From Minisyncoccota bacterium (GTDB lineage: Bacteria; Patescibacteriota; Minisyncoccia; UBA6257; JAGOQP01), in NCBI GenBank assembly GCA_041674185.1, contig JBAYWE010000001.1, positions 893-64,892 of the forward strand: a stretch of DNA of 64,000 nt, written 5' to 3'. The position numbers and the translations under genes are program-made. The notes beneath the pieces were generated by a model that saw only the letters and a list, made by a program, of their open reading frames with translations, did no database searches and was not told where the DNA came from. Below are positions 1-10,248 of this stretch, piece by piece; the stretch's first letter is position 1; the number at the start of each line of letters is the position of its first letter.

Positions 1-577
1 TATTATCAGTTGCTAAACGAAGATTTTTTTCAGAAACTTCGATAAGAGTCCGCACAACTGTTTCTGGATTACTTCCTCTATAAAATTGATACGTATCAGG
101 GGCTAATAATCCCTCTAAATTTGTTGCATACGTACAAGGAGAACAAGAAGATCTTAATAAAGTAGGCATGATCGTTTGTAACAAACCAGCGGGGATAATA
201 CCCCGTTCAGAAAAGAGCGCATCTATTTCCCGCAAAGTCATACCAGGAACGATCGTAATACGAATTTCTTGAGGACCGAGTGAGAGCGCACGAGAAATAT
301 CACTGAGAGAAGTAGACGTTATTTCATATACCCCAGGTTTAAAAGCACTAAAATGACCAGAAAATAAAGCACGAACCACAAACCATAAAGGGGAACGAAT
401 AATCTGTTGCTCTGATAATCTATGAGCTATATTCCACACACTATCTCCCGACATAACTTCAAAGACAGTCGAATGAGTACGTACCATAGGAGTAGTAACG
501 TCCGCCAAAACGGCAACAGTACCCCCAACTAATATAATAAAAAGAATTGAAATAATAATAAAACGACGAGATAACAT
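1..577 (-). CDS. mltG: Endolytic murein transglycosylase MltG/YceG-like, N-terminal part (gene runs off window start)
   Basis: Minus-strand translation from ATG at 577: MLSRRFIIISILFIILVGG...GVYEITSTSLSDISRALS...IRITIVPGMTLREI. N-terminal TM anchor plus YceG-like core. Missing from the ORF track because it is truncated by the window edge. Confidence 0.55.
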   Translation of the reverse strand, partial: MLSRRFIIISILFIILVGGTVAVLADVTTPMVRTHSTVFEVMSGDSVWNIAHRLSEQQIIRSPLWFVVRALFSGHFSAFKPGVYEITSTSLSDISRALSLGPQEIRITIVPGMTLREIDALFSERGIIPAGLLQTIMPTLLRSSCSPCTYATNLEGLLAPDTYQFYRGSNPETVVRTLIEVSEKNLRLATDN

Positions 578-658
578 AATGAGGATAATTTCTAACAAGA
601 GAGATATATCAGATATTTCGATTGAATGCTAAAAATTAGATATAAAATATTTATACAA

Positions 659-1771
659 CTATTTCTTTACATAAAAAGACTGTACTAATCCAATAAGCAT
701 AAGATTAACTAGCATACTCGACCCTCCATAACTCACAAAAGGAAACGTGACTCCAATAACAGGAATAATACCAGTAACCGAACCAACATTACAAATAAAC
801 TGTATAAAAAATAATACCGCCGTTCCTAAACAAAGAAATTTAGCTATATTCCCATCAACTAACATACCCATACGCAATAATCGCATCATAAACCACAGAA
901 ACGCCACGAGTACAACACCCGCCCCCACCAACCCTCCCTCTTCGGTAATGGCAGCAAAAATAAAATCAGTTTGCGCTTCTGGTAAAAAACCAAGTTGTGT
1001 TTGAGTCCCCTGTCGAAAACCTTGTCCAAATACCCCTCCTGACCCAAGAGCTATACGTGATTGAATAACATTATAATTTGCCCCCAAAGGATCTTGTTGT
1101 GGTTGAAAGAGCCCGACAATACGATCTTTCTGATATTCCTGAAACACCGACGTCCAAAGAAGGACAAACGCAAACAAGAAAAATACTCCCGCAACAACAA
1201 GTCGTCGAATAGGAATACCAGATAACAACAAGAATCCAACCCAAATACCCAACACCATAAGAGCAGATCCCATATCTGGTTGGGCAGCAATAATTAAGAC
1301 AGGGATAAGCGCATATAAAAATGATCCAATAATAACTCTCCACCGTGCGATACCTACATGTCTCTTTGCAAAAAATACAGCCAACACACAAATAAGAGCG
1401 AGTTTTGCAAGCTCTGCTGGTTGAAATTGAAATGGCCCCATAAGTAACCAGGCACGGTTTCCATTAATACTGGGAGCAAAAATAAAGGTAATAAGTAATA
1501 AAATAATCGTCCCTATGTAAAAAAAGACGCTCACACTCGTGTGACTAAAAAATGATCTAAAATCTAAAAAGGAAAATACTATAATAAATATAAATCCAAT
1601 AGCAATCCATAATAATTGTTTATAAAAAAGCTCTGGGCGAGAACTCAATAAAGAAAGTAATCCAGCCGCCAAAAGAAGAGATAGAGAGACCCATAATTTC
1701 CAATCTATATTCCGAGAAAGTGTTTTAAATAAAGACATAAAAAAATAAAATTTCAGATTATCAATATCCAA
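659..1771 (-). CDS. SEDS-family peptidoglycan glycosyltransferase (FtsW/RodA/SpoVE)
   Basis: Polytopic membrane protein, 370 aa. Motifs GPFQFQPAELAKLALI and GGSSMLVNLMLIGL are typical of FtsW/RodA. Lies in a cell-wall gene neighbourhood (mltG, murC). True start may be the internal M (MSLFKTLS...). Confidence 0.75.
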   Translation of the reverse strand: MDIDNLKFYFFMSLFKTLSRNIDWKLWVSLSLLLAAGLLSLLSSRPELFYKQLLWIAIGFIFIIVFSFLDFRSFFSHTSVSVFFYIGTIILLLITFIFAPSINGNRAWLLMGPFQFQPAELAKLALICVLAVFFAKRHVGIARWRVIIGSFLYALIPVLIIAAQPDMGSALMVLGIWVGFLLLSGIPIRRLVVAGVFFLFAFVLLWTSVFQEYQKDRIVGLFQPQQDPLGANYNVIQSRIALGSGGVFGQGFRQGTQTQLGFLPEAQTDFIFAAITEEGGLVGAGVVLVAFLWFMMRLLRMGMLVDGNIAKFLCLGTAVLFFIQFICNVGSVTGIIPVIGVTFPFVSYGGSSMLVNLMLIGLVQSFYVKK

Positions 1772-1785
1772 TTACCATAGTATCA

Positions 1786-2883
1786 TTATATATTCATCGT
1801 TCCATCGGCTTTGAGAAGGTACGGCTTCCTTTTTGAGTTATACCGCATATACCCAGCCACCGCAATCATCGCGGCATTATCCTGACAATAGGCAAATGGA
1901 GGAACAACAACAGAGACATTAGCTTCCAGTTTATTTTCTAATAATTCAGGGAGTTTTTTGTTTGCCGCTACACCACCTCCAATACACACACTTCGTGCAC
2001 CATATTCCTGAACAGCACGAGAAACTTTTGCAACGAGGGGAGCAAATGCTGCCTCTTGAAAAGAAGCTGATAAATCTCTTTGTAATTGAGAAGATATTTT
2101 TGCTTTTTTTGCAACCGCACGCGGAGAAAAATTTTGAGAAACAATACCTTGCGATTTTAGGTAATATAATACTGCTGTTTTTAACCCCGCATAACTAAAA
2201 TTATAATTTTTTTGATGAATCATCGGATGAGGCAGCACAATCGCGTGCGCATCCCCCTCTTTCGCAAGTTGCTCAATTAATGGACCCCCAGGATACGGAA
2301 GATCAAGCAATCGTGCTACTTTATCAAATGACTCTCCAACAGCATCATCAAGCGTCTCTCCTAACTTTATGTATTTTGTGAATGACTCTAAAACACCTAA
2401 GATGGTATGTCCCCCACTCACCACTAAAGAAATCATCGGAAATATATCTTCAGTTTTCAGTTTTTTGTTTTCAGTTAATAAGAAGCTGTATAAGTGTCCC
2501 TCTAAGTGATTTACACCGACAAGAGGAATAGTTTCATTAAAATAATTTTTATGAATTTCTTGTGCAAATTGAATTCCTGTCCACAGCGCTGGTTCAAGTC
2601 CCGGACCAACCGTTACCACTAAAAGATCTATTTTTTTATCTCGTACCTCTGATACCCTCTGTATCTCCTTCCATAGGATAGGTAAATTCTTAATATGCTC
2701 TCGTTTTGCGAGCATAGGAACTACACCACCAAATGGGGCGTGAAGTGCTATTTGAGATGCCACAATGTTTTTTTCAACTGTTACTAAAGGAAATTTAGCT
2801 TGTTCCTTAATAGAAACAACCGCAAAAGAGGTCTCATCACAACTTGTTTCAATAGCCAAGATACGCATACACACAAGATACAA
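1786..2883 (-). CDS. tsaD: tRNA N6-adenosine threonylcarbamoyltransferase TsaD (Kae1/Gcp family)
   Basis: N-terminus MRILAIETSCDETSFAVV and GVNHLEGH metal-binding motif. Length ~365 aa. Confidence 0.85.
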   Translation of the reverse strand: MYLVCMRILAIETSCDETSFAVVSIKEQAKFPLVTVEKNIVASQIALHAPFGGVVPMLAKREHIKNLPILWKEIQRVSEVRDKKIDLLVVTVGPGLEPALWTGIQFAQEIHKNYFNETIPLVGVNHLEGHLYSFLLTENKKLKTEDIFPMISLVVSGGHTILGVLESFTKYIKLGETLDDAVGESFDKVARLLDLPYPGGPLIEQLAKEGDAHAIVLPHPMIHQKNYNFSYAGLKTAVLYYLKSQGIVSQNFSPRAVAKKAKISSQLQRDLSASFQEAAFAPLVAKVSRAVQEYGARSVCIGGGVAANKKLPELLENKLEANVSVVVPPFAYCQDNAAMIAVAGYMRYNSKRKPYLLKADGTMNI

Positions 2884-2942
2884 CGTAAAAGAAAAAACTC
2901 AAAACTAAAACAATTCAACGATTGACGCTCATCATTGAATAA

Positions 2943-2972
2943 ATAAAAAAAATCCCGGTCGTAACCGGGATT
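2943..2972 (-). terminator. Rho-independent terminator
   Basis: Hairpin aatcccggt-cgta-accgggatt. On the minus strand it is followed by a T8 run, directly downstream of the stop of the 2994..3578 gene. Confidence 0.6.
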
Positions 2973-2993
2973 CTTGGCTAAAGCTAACAAAAT

Positions 2994-3578
2994 CTAAAAT
3001 GTATGCTTTAGACCAAAGACAAATAAAGGTTGTTCCCCATCAACAGTATAACCAACTGATAGGGAATAATTCCAAGATGGATTCAGGTCTCCGTCGTATC
3101 GAAGCTCAGGAAGTTGATCGGCGTGACCGTTATCAAACTTACAAACGGCATATGTTGCTGAGAAACTACCAACTCTAAGAACAACAGCATTATATACAAT
3201 AAGAATATTTGCTGTAAAACTTGGTTGATCAGGATGTCCAGCAGAAATCCCGTACCAGTGAACTGTAGAAATGAATGGGAATGGTTTTACAACCACCATG
3301 GGACCAACCCAAGGGCAGTTTTTAAAGAACCCACCACTAGCTGAAGCAGATAACCACGAAGTTCCCGTCGGAATCGAAAAAGTACCATAGACCCTCTGAT
3401 GATTACCAACAATATTTAAATTGTTAGTTCCATTAGAGAACCCCAGATTAATGTCATATCCACTAGAAAGAGCCCCTTTTCCGATAGACGCCGCTACGGA
3501 CTTCAATCCAAAAGATTGGGCAAAAATACTACAAACAGATAAAAACATAATTACGATTATTGCACAAACAGATTTCAT
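2994..3578 (-). CDS. Small beta-barrel outer-membrane-protein-like secreted protein (OmpW/OmpA-like 8-strand barrel?)
   Basis: Signal peptide MKSVCAIIVIMFLSVCSIFAQSF. Alternating hydrophobic/polar beta-strand pattern. Aromatic-rich, with C-terminal ...FVFGLKHTF ending in Phe as in OMP beta-barrel signatures. Confidence 0.4.
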   Translation of the reverse strand: MKSVCAIIVIMFLSVCSIFAQSFGLKSVAASIGKGALSSGYDINLGFSNGTNNLNIVGNHQRVYGTFSIPTGTSWLSASASGGFFKNCPWVGPMVVVKPFPFISTVHWYGISAGHPDQPSFTANILIVYNAVVLRVGSFSATYAVCKFDNGHADQLPELRYDGDLNPSWNYSLSVGYTVDGEQPLFVFGLKHTF

Positions 3579-4686
3579 TTCCTTTCTCCTTATTATTGAT
3601 TATTGAATTGTTTAAATTAAAAAACGAATACAATAATCCAGAGAGAGGAATATGTTCAATCTTTTGTATAAACTCCTGCGGAACAGATTCGTGCTCCTCA
3701 TAAGAAAGCATAAACGGGAAATCAGAATAAATCTTAAACTCATTTACAGGAACAAGCGCACAGATCCCAACATCGTAATCTACAGAATGAAGTCCCCCAG
3801 AATCAGCAACGGTTTCATATGAAGTAACCGTATGATTTTGTATTTCCGAGAAAGTGGCTTGCGTAGTAGACAAAGAACAAAGGATGAATGCGACAAGCCC
3901 CAGAGCAAACGATCTCTTAAAAGAACTCGAAAGTGACGTATTCCATGTTTTTAAAGACAAATTGCTTTGAGCAAATAATCTTACCGCGGCAACTTCATCT
4001 TCAGAGAGAATAGACAAAAACTTATCTTTGGTTCTCCTCAATTGAGTCTCTGCATACATTTCTCTTCCTTTTTCTCTCGTCCATTGGAAAAATACAACGG
4101 AAAAGAATATAGGATAAGAAATAAGAGATAACAGAATACTCAAAGGATTTTTAAATCGTTTCTTTTCATACGCCCATAATAATATAAGCAAGAAAGCGGG
4201 GATAAGGCCTAAAACATATTGTTTTAAAAACCATAAAAAAGTAGGACATATAATCTCCATTATAGGAGTATGTTTTACTTCTTTAAAGAACTTCTCGCGA
4301 AAATAACTATTCTTATCAGCGAGGTTTCTTCGCGCACGATCTATGTCGGCGTGTGAATATTTACCCTTATCAATAGATGCAATAAGCAATGCCTGCAATT
4401 CACTTGTTACCGAAGGTAACGTAGTGAAAACAGACAAACTATCCTCAAGACGAGAGATTTTATTTATGTCTCGAAAATAATTATCTGGAGAATAAGCAAT
4501 TCCCCTTCGTACTTGCTCTCGCGCATGATCTGCAATCTCTATAGACAAACGATTTGCAACTGGAATGTTTCTCAAATTAACCTTCTTATCAGAGGCAATC
4601 CGAGAAGACATTTCAGAGATAATACCTGTATTTACAAAAAATATCGTAAACACAAGCAATTTCAGAAGAAATGTTAGTTTTTTCAC
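3529..4686 (-). CDS. Hypothetical membrane protein with signal peptide
   Basis: 385 aa. N-terminal signal/TM, internal TM helices, no recognisable catalytic motif. Overlaps the downstream OMP-like gene by 50 nt on the same strand. Confidence 0.45.
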   Translation of the reverse strand: MKKLTFLLKLLVFTIFFVNTGIISEMSSRIASDKKVNLRNIPVANRLSIEIADHAREQVRRGIAYSPDNYFRDINKISRLEDSLSVFTTLPSVTSELQALLIASIDKGKYSHADIDRARRNLADKNSYFREKFFKEVKHTPIMEIICPTFLWFLKQYVLGLIPAFLLILLWAYEKKRFKNPLSILLSLISYPIFFSVVFFQWTREKGREMYAETQLRRTKDKFLSILSEDEVAAVRLFAQSNLSLKTWNTSLSSSFKRSFALGLVAFILCSLSTTQATFSEIQNHTVTSYETVADSGGLHSVDYDVGICALVPVNEFKIYSDFPFMLSYEEHESVPQEFIQKIEHIPLSGLLYSFFNLNNSIINNKEKGNEICLCNNRNYVFICL

Positions 4687-4856
4687 GAATTACTCCTTCA
4701 ATTAGTTAACTTAATTCTATAATTTAAACCCTTATTTTCTATATAATAAATTTCAAGGTACAAATACATTATATCACCAAATACGCAAAATGTCAATTTA
4801 TATAAAAACCGCTGATTAAGCAGTTATATTTCATAATATTGTATCTTTTGCCCATT

Positions 4857-5960
4857 CTATTCAGTAATCACCCCTCCCCCAAGAACCACACCCCTCTTTG
4901 TATACAACACGACTGACTGACCCGCTGTAGGAAATAGTTTATAGGTGCGTGAGGGATAAATAGTTAGAATACCATCTTTCAAAGAAACACGCGCCTTAAA
5001 TAATAACTGACGATATCGCACTCGAGCGAGAACGGTCATCTCTTTCCCCTCTCGTAATTTTTTCTCAAAACGAGCATTAAGAAAATTTATCTGTTGAGCA
5101 TAAAACACATTCATTGAGAGAGCTGCGTCTCCTTCAGGAGCAACAACGAGTGTATTTGAAGTAATATCACGTTTTATGACAAACAGTTCATGTCCCGCAG
5201 TATTTATAAATCCATGCCGTTGACCAAGGGTATACAATAAAACCCCATCATGTGTCCCCACCTTTTTGCCGTTGATATCTAACACTTCTCCGGGACCATA
5301 CGGAATATGTTTTTTAAGAAAATCAACAAAAGAAAATTTTCCTAAGAAACAAACCCCTTGCGAATCCTTTTTAGTTGCGGTAAACAAACCAGCTTTTTTT
5401 GCAAGTGCACGTACGCGTGGTTTTGTGAGCCCCCCAATAGGAAATAATATTTTAGAGAATCTATCGTGAGGAATTTGCCATAAAAAATAGGATTGATCTT
5501 TATTATCATCTTTTCCTGCCTTCAGTGCATAGTTATTTCCTATTATAAGTTTTCTGTTTTTAGTTTTTAGTTTCGTTTGTGCGTAGTGTCCACTCGCCAC
5601 CGCATCTGCTCCCAATTTCATTGCCGCATCATAGAGTAGTCCAAACTTAATCTCTGAATTACACACCACATCAGGGTTAGGTGTAATTCCACACGCATAC
5701 CCATCTAATAAATATTGTACAACCCGATTATAATATTCTTGTTCAAAATCCAATACATAAAACGGTATACCCAATGTATCAGCCACACGGCGCGCATCAT
5801 GTGCTTCTCTATCTTGGCATCCATCCACATTATACCCGCGCACAAAAACACCAAACACCTCGTGCCCCTGTTTTTTAAGTACATACGCCGCAACAGACGA
5901 GTCAACTCCGCCCGAGAGAGCTACGCATATTTTCTTCTTTTTCTGAAAATGCTTAAACAT
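4857..5960 (-). CDS. mnmA: tRNA-specific 2-thiouridylase MnmA
   Basis: PP-loop CVALSGGVDSSVAAYVL, plus PNPDVVCN and a C-terminal beta-barrel. Start placed at the internal M (MFKHFQKKKKICVALSGG), which removes most of the overlap with murC. The ORF-track start is at 6017. Confidence 0.85.
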   Translation of the reverse strand: MFKHFQKKKKICVALSGGVDSSVAAYVLKKQGHEVFGVFVRGYNVDGCQDREAHDARRVADTLGIPFYVLDFEQEYYNRVVQYLLDGYACGITPNPDVVCNSEIKFGLLYDAAMKLGADAVASGHYAQTKLKTKNRKLIIGNNYALKAGKDDNKDQSYFLWQIPHDRFSKILFPIGGLTKPRVRALAKKAGLFTATKKDSQGVCFLGKFSFVDFLKKHIPYGPGEVLDINGKKVGTHDGVLLYTLGQRHGFINTAGHELFVIKRDITSNTLVVAPEGDAALSMNVFYAQQINFLNARFEKKLREGKEMTVLARVRYRQLLFKARVSLKDGILTIYPSRTYKLFPTAGQSVVLYTKRGVVLGGGVITE

Positions 5961-5967
5961 ACATGAT

Positions 5968-7278
5968 TTATTTCTTACCCAAGAATGCATCCCCCACACG
6001 ATATGCTTCTCCCGCACCCATAGTAATGAGCAGTGAATCTTTGTCTATGTGTTTATAAACTTCTCGTACCGCACGTTCACACGAATCAGCATACACAGTC
6101 ACCTTTTCTTTCCGTCTTGCGCGAAGGGCTACAACAAGTTTTTGCGAAGAAATGGAAGGATCTTTTTTCTCTCGCGCTGCATAAATAGGAAGAATAATGA
6201 GTACATCGGGAATCAAAAAATTCTTTACAAAATCTTTGAATAACAGTTTCGTGCGCGAATACAAATGTGGTTGAAACACACATATAATTTTCTTATCAAT
6301 AAAATGATTTCGTATTGCGCGTAGAGTTGCGATAACTTCAGTCGGATGATGCGCATAATCATCATATATAATCATCCCCTGTTTTGTTATGCCTTTATAT
6401 TCTAACCGTCGCGCAGTTCCCGAAAACGAAGCGAGTGCTTTATAAATAGTACCCTGGGGAATATGGAGGGTGCGTAATACGGCAGACGCCGCGCGCATAT
6501 TCATAGCATTATGATCACCTATTAATTTTGCATCCGCAGGAGTAATAAGAGAACTGTAATCAATCACATGGCACGAAACAGCATCTGCGATACGGGCACA
6601 CGCAGAATCTTTCAAATTTGTAATTAAATATCCATTCTGGGGAATCTTTTGTGCGAATGCAGTAAATGCCTTAACAAGATTTGCCTTCGTTTTATAGTAA
6701 TCCAAATGATCATTATCTATATTCGTAATGACGGCAATGCGAGGATTTAAGTCTAAGAAAGATTTCCCATATTCGCACGCCTCAACCACAAAATAATCGC
6801 TTTTCCCAGCAATAAAGTTGGTTGGAATATCAGTAAGAAGACTCCCCACAATTACTGTAGGATCCTTTTTTGCTTGGAGAAGTCCCCAGGCAATCATCCC
6901 CGTCGTCGTTGTTTTTCCATGAGATCCTGCAACTGCAATCGTGTACATATCCGCCGAAATAATTCCCAGTGCCTGCGAATACGTGAAAGTTGGAATCCCT
7001 AGTTCTTGCGCGCGTACTAATTCTGGATTGTCATTTGAAACTGCCTTCGTGTAGATAACCACATCCACATCCTTTGTTATATGAGAAACAGTGTGTCCTT
7101 GCCAAATCCGCGCTCCTAATGACTGAAGATCTTTTACTAATGGAGAAACAACCATATCAGATCCAGTAATAATCTTCTTTTCTAACAAAAACTTACGCGC
7201 AATAGCGGATACACCAATTCCCCCAATACCAATAAAATGAATATGTTTTGCCTGTAACAAATAAGATGATATATCCAT
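5968..7278 (-). CDS. murC: UDP-N-acetylmuramate--L-alanine ligase MurC
   Basis: N-terminal IHFIGIGGIGVSAIA Rossmann motif, Mur ligase central motif GSHGKTTTT, ~436 aa. Confidence 0.85.
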   Translation of the reverse strand: MDISSYLLQAKHIHFIGIGGIGVSAIARKFLLEKKIITGSDMVVSPLVKDLQSLGARIWQGHTVSHITKDVDVVIYTKAVSNDNPELVRAQELGIPTFTYSQALGIISADMYTIAVAGSHGKTTTTGMIAWGLLQAKKDPTVIVGSLLTDIPTNFIAGKSDYFVVEACEYGKSFLDLNPRIAVITNIDNDHLDYYKTKANLVKAFTAFAQKIPQNGYLITNLKDSACARIADAVSCHVIDYSSLITPADAKLIGDHNAMNMRAASAVLRTLHIPQGTIYKALASFSGTARRLEYKGITKQGMIIYDDYAHHPTEVIATLRAIRNHFIDKKIICVFQPHLYSRTKLLFKDFVKNFLIPDVLIILPIYAAREKKDPSISSQKLVVALRARRKEKVTVYADSCERAVREVYKHIDKDSLLITMGAGEAYRVGDAFLGKK

Positions 7279-7366
7279 AAATTCACCATATAAGAAAAGA
7301 TAATTTCGTGCAAATGTAAAATGCCCTCCTCAAAGAGGAAGGCATAATATAAACAGAAAACAAAAA

Positions 7367-7792
7367 TTAAAACGGCAAATCATCTTGTGAATCGAGATGA
7401 TTCGTCCCAGAACGCCATGTGCTTTCTGGATGATTTCTTTTTATGGAACAGAAGTACATACCAAACGATTTTGGAGACCATATAAAACAGACAGCATAAG
7501 AACAAATATCGAATATAGCATCTGTTTGATAACCACTCATAATTTGAGGCCCTTTATGAGGAAGCGTTGTTTCGGAAAAAGGAATTTTTATCTTAGCACT
7601 ATATACAACACCATCCCCTTCAATAAGATAGTGGACAACCTCATCAATAAAATAAGAACAAATTCCTCGAAGATCTTGTTTTTTCTTCATAGATACATCA
7701 AGGAGTATAATTCTTTTTTGAAACCATACTTCTAGTGCCATGTGAGTAAGACGAACACAGAGCATTTTTTGTTTTGAAAGTACTACTTTCAT
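7367..7792 (-). CDS. Hypothetical protein with SSB-like acidic C-terminal tip (..DSQDDLPF)
   Basis: 141-aa ORF. Chosen over the overlapping + strand ORF 7397..7735 because its C-terminus mimics the SSB DDDIPF tail. No other motif recognised. Confidence 0.3.
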   Translation of the reverse strand: MKVVLSKQKMLCVRLTHMALEVWFQKRIILLDVSMKKKQDLRGICSYFIDEVVHYLIEGDGVVYSAKIKIPFSETTLPHKGPQIMSGYQTDAIFDICSYAVCFIWSPKSFGMYFCSIKRNHPESTWRSGTNHLDSQDDLPF

Positions 7793-8058
7793 AAGTCCTC
7801 CAATTACTGAAGGTTTATCTACAAGGATATCTCATAGATAATTATCATTTCGATAACAAAAATATCATAAGACACAACAAGATAGAAAGTCAAGAGACTC
7901 ACCATTTTTATCATTATAAAAATAAAAAACAACTCCTCAAGCTGTTTTTTATTTTTACTCTCAATACCATATACTAATTCTATCTATCCTGATACAAGGT
8001 CGGGACTCTCGCTCATCAGTCTCTTTCAAAAGAGTATTGAAGCTATCCACGAAATTAT

Positions 8059-8625
8059 CTATTTCTGCACCCGTTCTACATATTCCCCTGTTTCCGTATT
8101 CACGCGTATCATATCTCCCTCATTCACAAACATCGGCGTATTAACCGTTGCACCCGTTTCCAAAGTGACTAGTTTATTCCCTCCTTGCGCAGTATTTCCC
8201 TTTATCGCTGGAGGCGCTTCGGTCACCAAAAATTCCATTTTAATAGGGAGCTGAACAGTAATAATCCTTTCTCCAAATTTCACCGTCGTTACTTCGCTAT
8301 TCGGTTTCAAAAATTGAGCAGAAACTCCTAAATCAGATTCGGAAAGCATAAATCTATTCTTTGGGTTTCCTTTTTCGCAAAACCAAAATTCTCCCTTTCC
8401 TTTATATAAGAAGGATGAAGGCACACGATCCAATTCAGCTTCTTCAAATTCATCACTTGATTGAAATGATGTTTCTTTTACCTTACCACTTGCCAACTCA
8501 CGCATTTTTACTTTCATAACTGGTTTGCGTTGTTGCATACGCAAAAAATCCGCTGATAAAATTTCGTATGCAGATCCTTCATACACAATCACGTGTCCTT
8601 TTCGTACTTCATTATATGCTAACAT
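8059..8625 (-). CDS. efp: Elongation factor P
   Basis: 188 aa. MLAYNEVRKGHVIVYEGSAYEIL... KOW-like N-domain and two OB domains, typical EF-P architecture. Confidence 0.9.
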   Translation of the reverse strand: MLAYNEVRKGHVIVYEGSAYEILSADFLRMQQRKPVMKVKMRELASGKVKETSFQSSDEFEEAELDRVPSSFLYKGKGEFWFCEKGNPKNRFMLSESDLGVSAQFLKPNSEVTTVKFGERIITVQLPIKMEFLVTEAPPAIKGNTAQGGNKLVTLETGATVNTPMFVNEGDMIRVNTETGEYVERVQK

Positions 8626-8643
8626 GAGATTTTTTGATTAAAA

Positions 8644-10215
8644 TTATTCTTGAGTTTCTTCTTCTGAGGTTTTAATTTCAGGAGATGGATCTATATGTGA
8701 ATCATGAGACTTTTGAAGAGAACCTCGAATTAAATCCTTTAATGCGTCCACATTCATTCGTTCTTCGATAGGCTTTCGCTCCCGTGGTGCCGACGAGACA
8801 TGACCATGGTCTCGTTTTTTCTGTATATCAGAAGACACATCTTTCTTAAGCACTTCGTGTAACGAACGTTCATCTCGACGAGATACCATTTCTCCCGCCT
8901 TATCTCCTACAGAGCCATAATAATCAGTACGAATCTTTTCGTCAACTCGTTCTTTAGAAATAGAGTATTTTGAACGTGACGATTGTAAAATAGCATCAAA
9001 AAGTGAGGGTGCGGGCAGTGGAGGTGGAGGAAGGGTTTTTGCAGAAAAAGGACGCGACGAAACACCATCTACCATAATACGCGCATAAATATGTGCGTTT
9101 GGTAAATTTACAAAATCACTTGCCAAAAATTCTTCAAAAAATTCTTTCTCCAAAAATTCTGCGTCATCCGCTCCCACCCGAAATGAAATCATAGTTCCCA
9201 CGTTTCCAAAAATAGCATCGCGCACTTTCGTATTTTTATCCTGTTCTAATTGAGCGATGTATTGATGCGCCACAATAAGAGAAAGACGATATTTACGAGC
9301 CTCAGAAAGAATTGTCGCGAATGATTCAGTTGCAAAGTTCTGAAATTCATCAACATAGAGAAAGAAATCCTTACGTTCCGCCATGGGAATATCTACACGA
9401 GACATAGCAGCTAACTGCAATTTCGTAATCAACATAGCTCCCAATAAATTAGAATTATCTTCTCCAATTTTTCCTTTAGACAAATTGATAATAATAATTT
9501 TTCCTTCATCCATTGCTTGCCGAAAATCAAAGGAAGATTTTACCTGTCCAACAATACTACGAATTAACGGGTTGGTAACAAATTGTCCAATCTTGTTTTG
9601 AATAGCGGCAACTCCTTCTGTTTCCAACTTCTGCGTATATTTTGCAAACTCATCAACCCAAAACGAACGGACGCTCGGATCTTGCAGATCATTCACAATT
9701 TTACGACGAAATTCTTTATCAGAATACATCTTCATAACCCCCAGTAACGTTGACCCAGGATATTCAAGGAGTGCCAACAAGGTATTATTGAGAATATATT
9801 CCATACGCGCAGACCATGCATCTGGCCATATTTTTTTAAAAACCGACATAAGCCCCGATGCCACCAAATGACGCATATCAAAATCAACCCGTTCTAGAGG
9901 ATTAAACGCAACAGGAAAATTAATATCTGCGGGGTTTATATAAATAACATCATCAACTCGATCTTCAGGAATAAAATGTAAAATTTCTTCAGCTGTTTCT
10001 CCATGAGGATCCACAAAACAGACACCGTGTCCCGCCTTCACATCAGAAATAACCATGTTTAAAAGAAGGGTGCTTTTCCCAGTACCTGATTTTCCAATAA
10101 TATACGTATGCTGACGACGATCTGCTAGTTTGATGCCAAACGTACGCTCTTGATTACGAAAATTAGTTTTTCCTAAATATAATATAGAATCTGCCATAAT
10201 AGTTTTCTCATTCAA
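8644..10215 (-). CDS. HerA/FtsK/VirD4-superfamily P-loop ATPase (DUF87 / T4SS coupling-protein-like), soluble
   Basis: Walker A IIGKSGTGKSTLL, then FVDPHGE (HerA/TraG-type motif), Walker B FFLYVDEFQNF, and a C-terminal Pro-rich/charged tail (LPPPPLPAPS...). No N-terminal TM segment. Confidence 0.6.
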   Translation of the reverse strand: MNEKTIMADSILYLGKTNFRNQERTFGIKLADRRQHTYIIGKSGTGKSTLLLNMVISDVKAGHGVCFVDPHGETAEEILHFIPEDRVDDVIYINPADINFPVAFNPLERVDFDMRHLVASGLMSVFKKIWPDAWSARMEYILNNTLLALLEYPGSTLLGVMKMYSDKEFRRKIVNDLQDPSVRSFWVDEFAKYTQKLETEGVAAIQNKIGQFVTNPLIRSIVGQVKSSFDFRQAMDEGKIIIINLSKGKIGEDNSNLLGAMLITKLQLAAMSRVDIPMAERKDFFLYVDEFQNFATESFATILSEARKYRLSLIVAHQYIAQLEQDKNTKVRDAIFGNVGTMISFRVGADDAEFLEKEFFEEFLASDFVNLPNAHIYARIMVDGVSSRPFSAKTLPPPPLPAPSLFDAILQSSRSKYSISKERVDEKIRTDYYGSVGDKAGEMVSRRDERSLHEVLKKDVSSDIQKKRDHGHVSSAPRERKPIEERMNVDALKDLIRGSLQKSHDSHIDPSPEIKTSEEETQE

Positions 10216-10248
10216 AATATATTATCCACACGGATGAAATATGTAAAA

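Noticed and set aside
1051-1391. Nested 79- and 106-aa minus-strand ORFs inside the FtsW/RodA gene, and similar short ORFs inside mnmA, murC, secD, glycosyltransferases and elsewhere in the track
   Set aside because: They are alternative-frame shadows of well-supported longer genes, with Cys/Trp-rich or low-complexity translations.
7397-7735. Overlapping + strand ORF (112 aa) antisense to the 141-aa minus ORF
   Set aside because: The two cannot both be real. The + ORF is Lys/Ile/Phe-rich low-complexity and lacks a start context. The minus ORF was kept, but only with low confidence.
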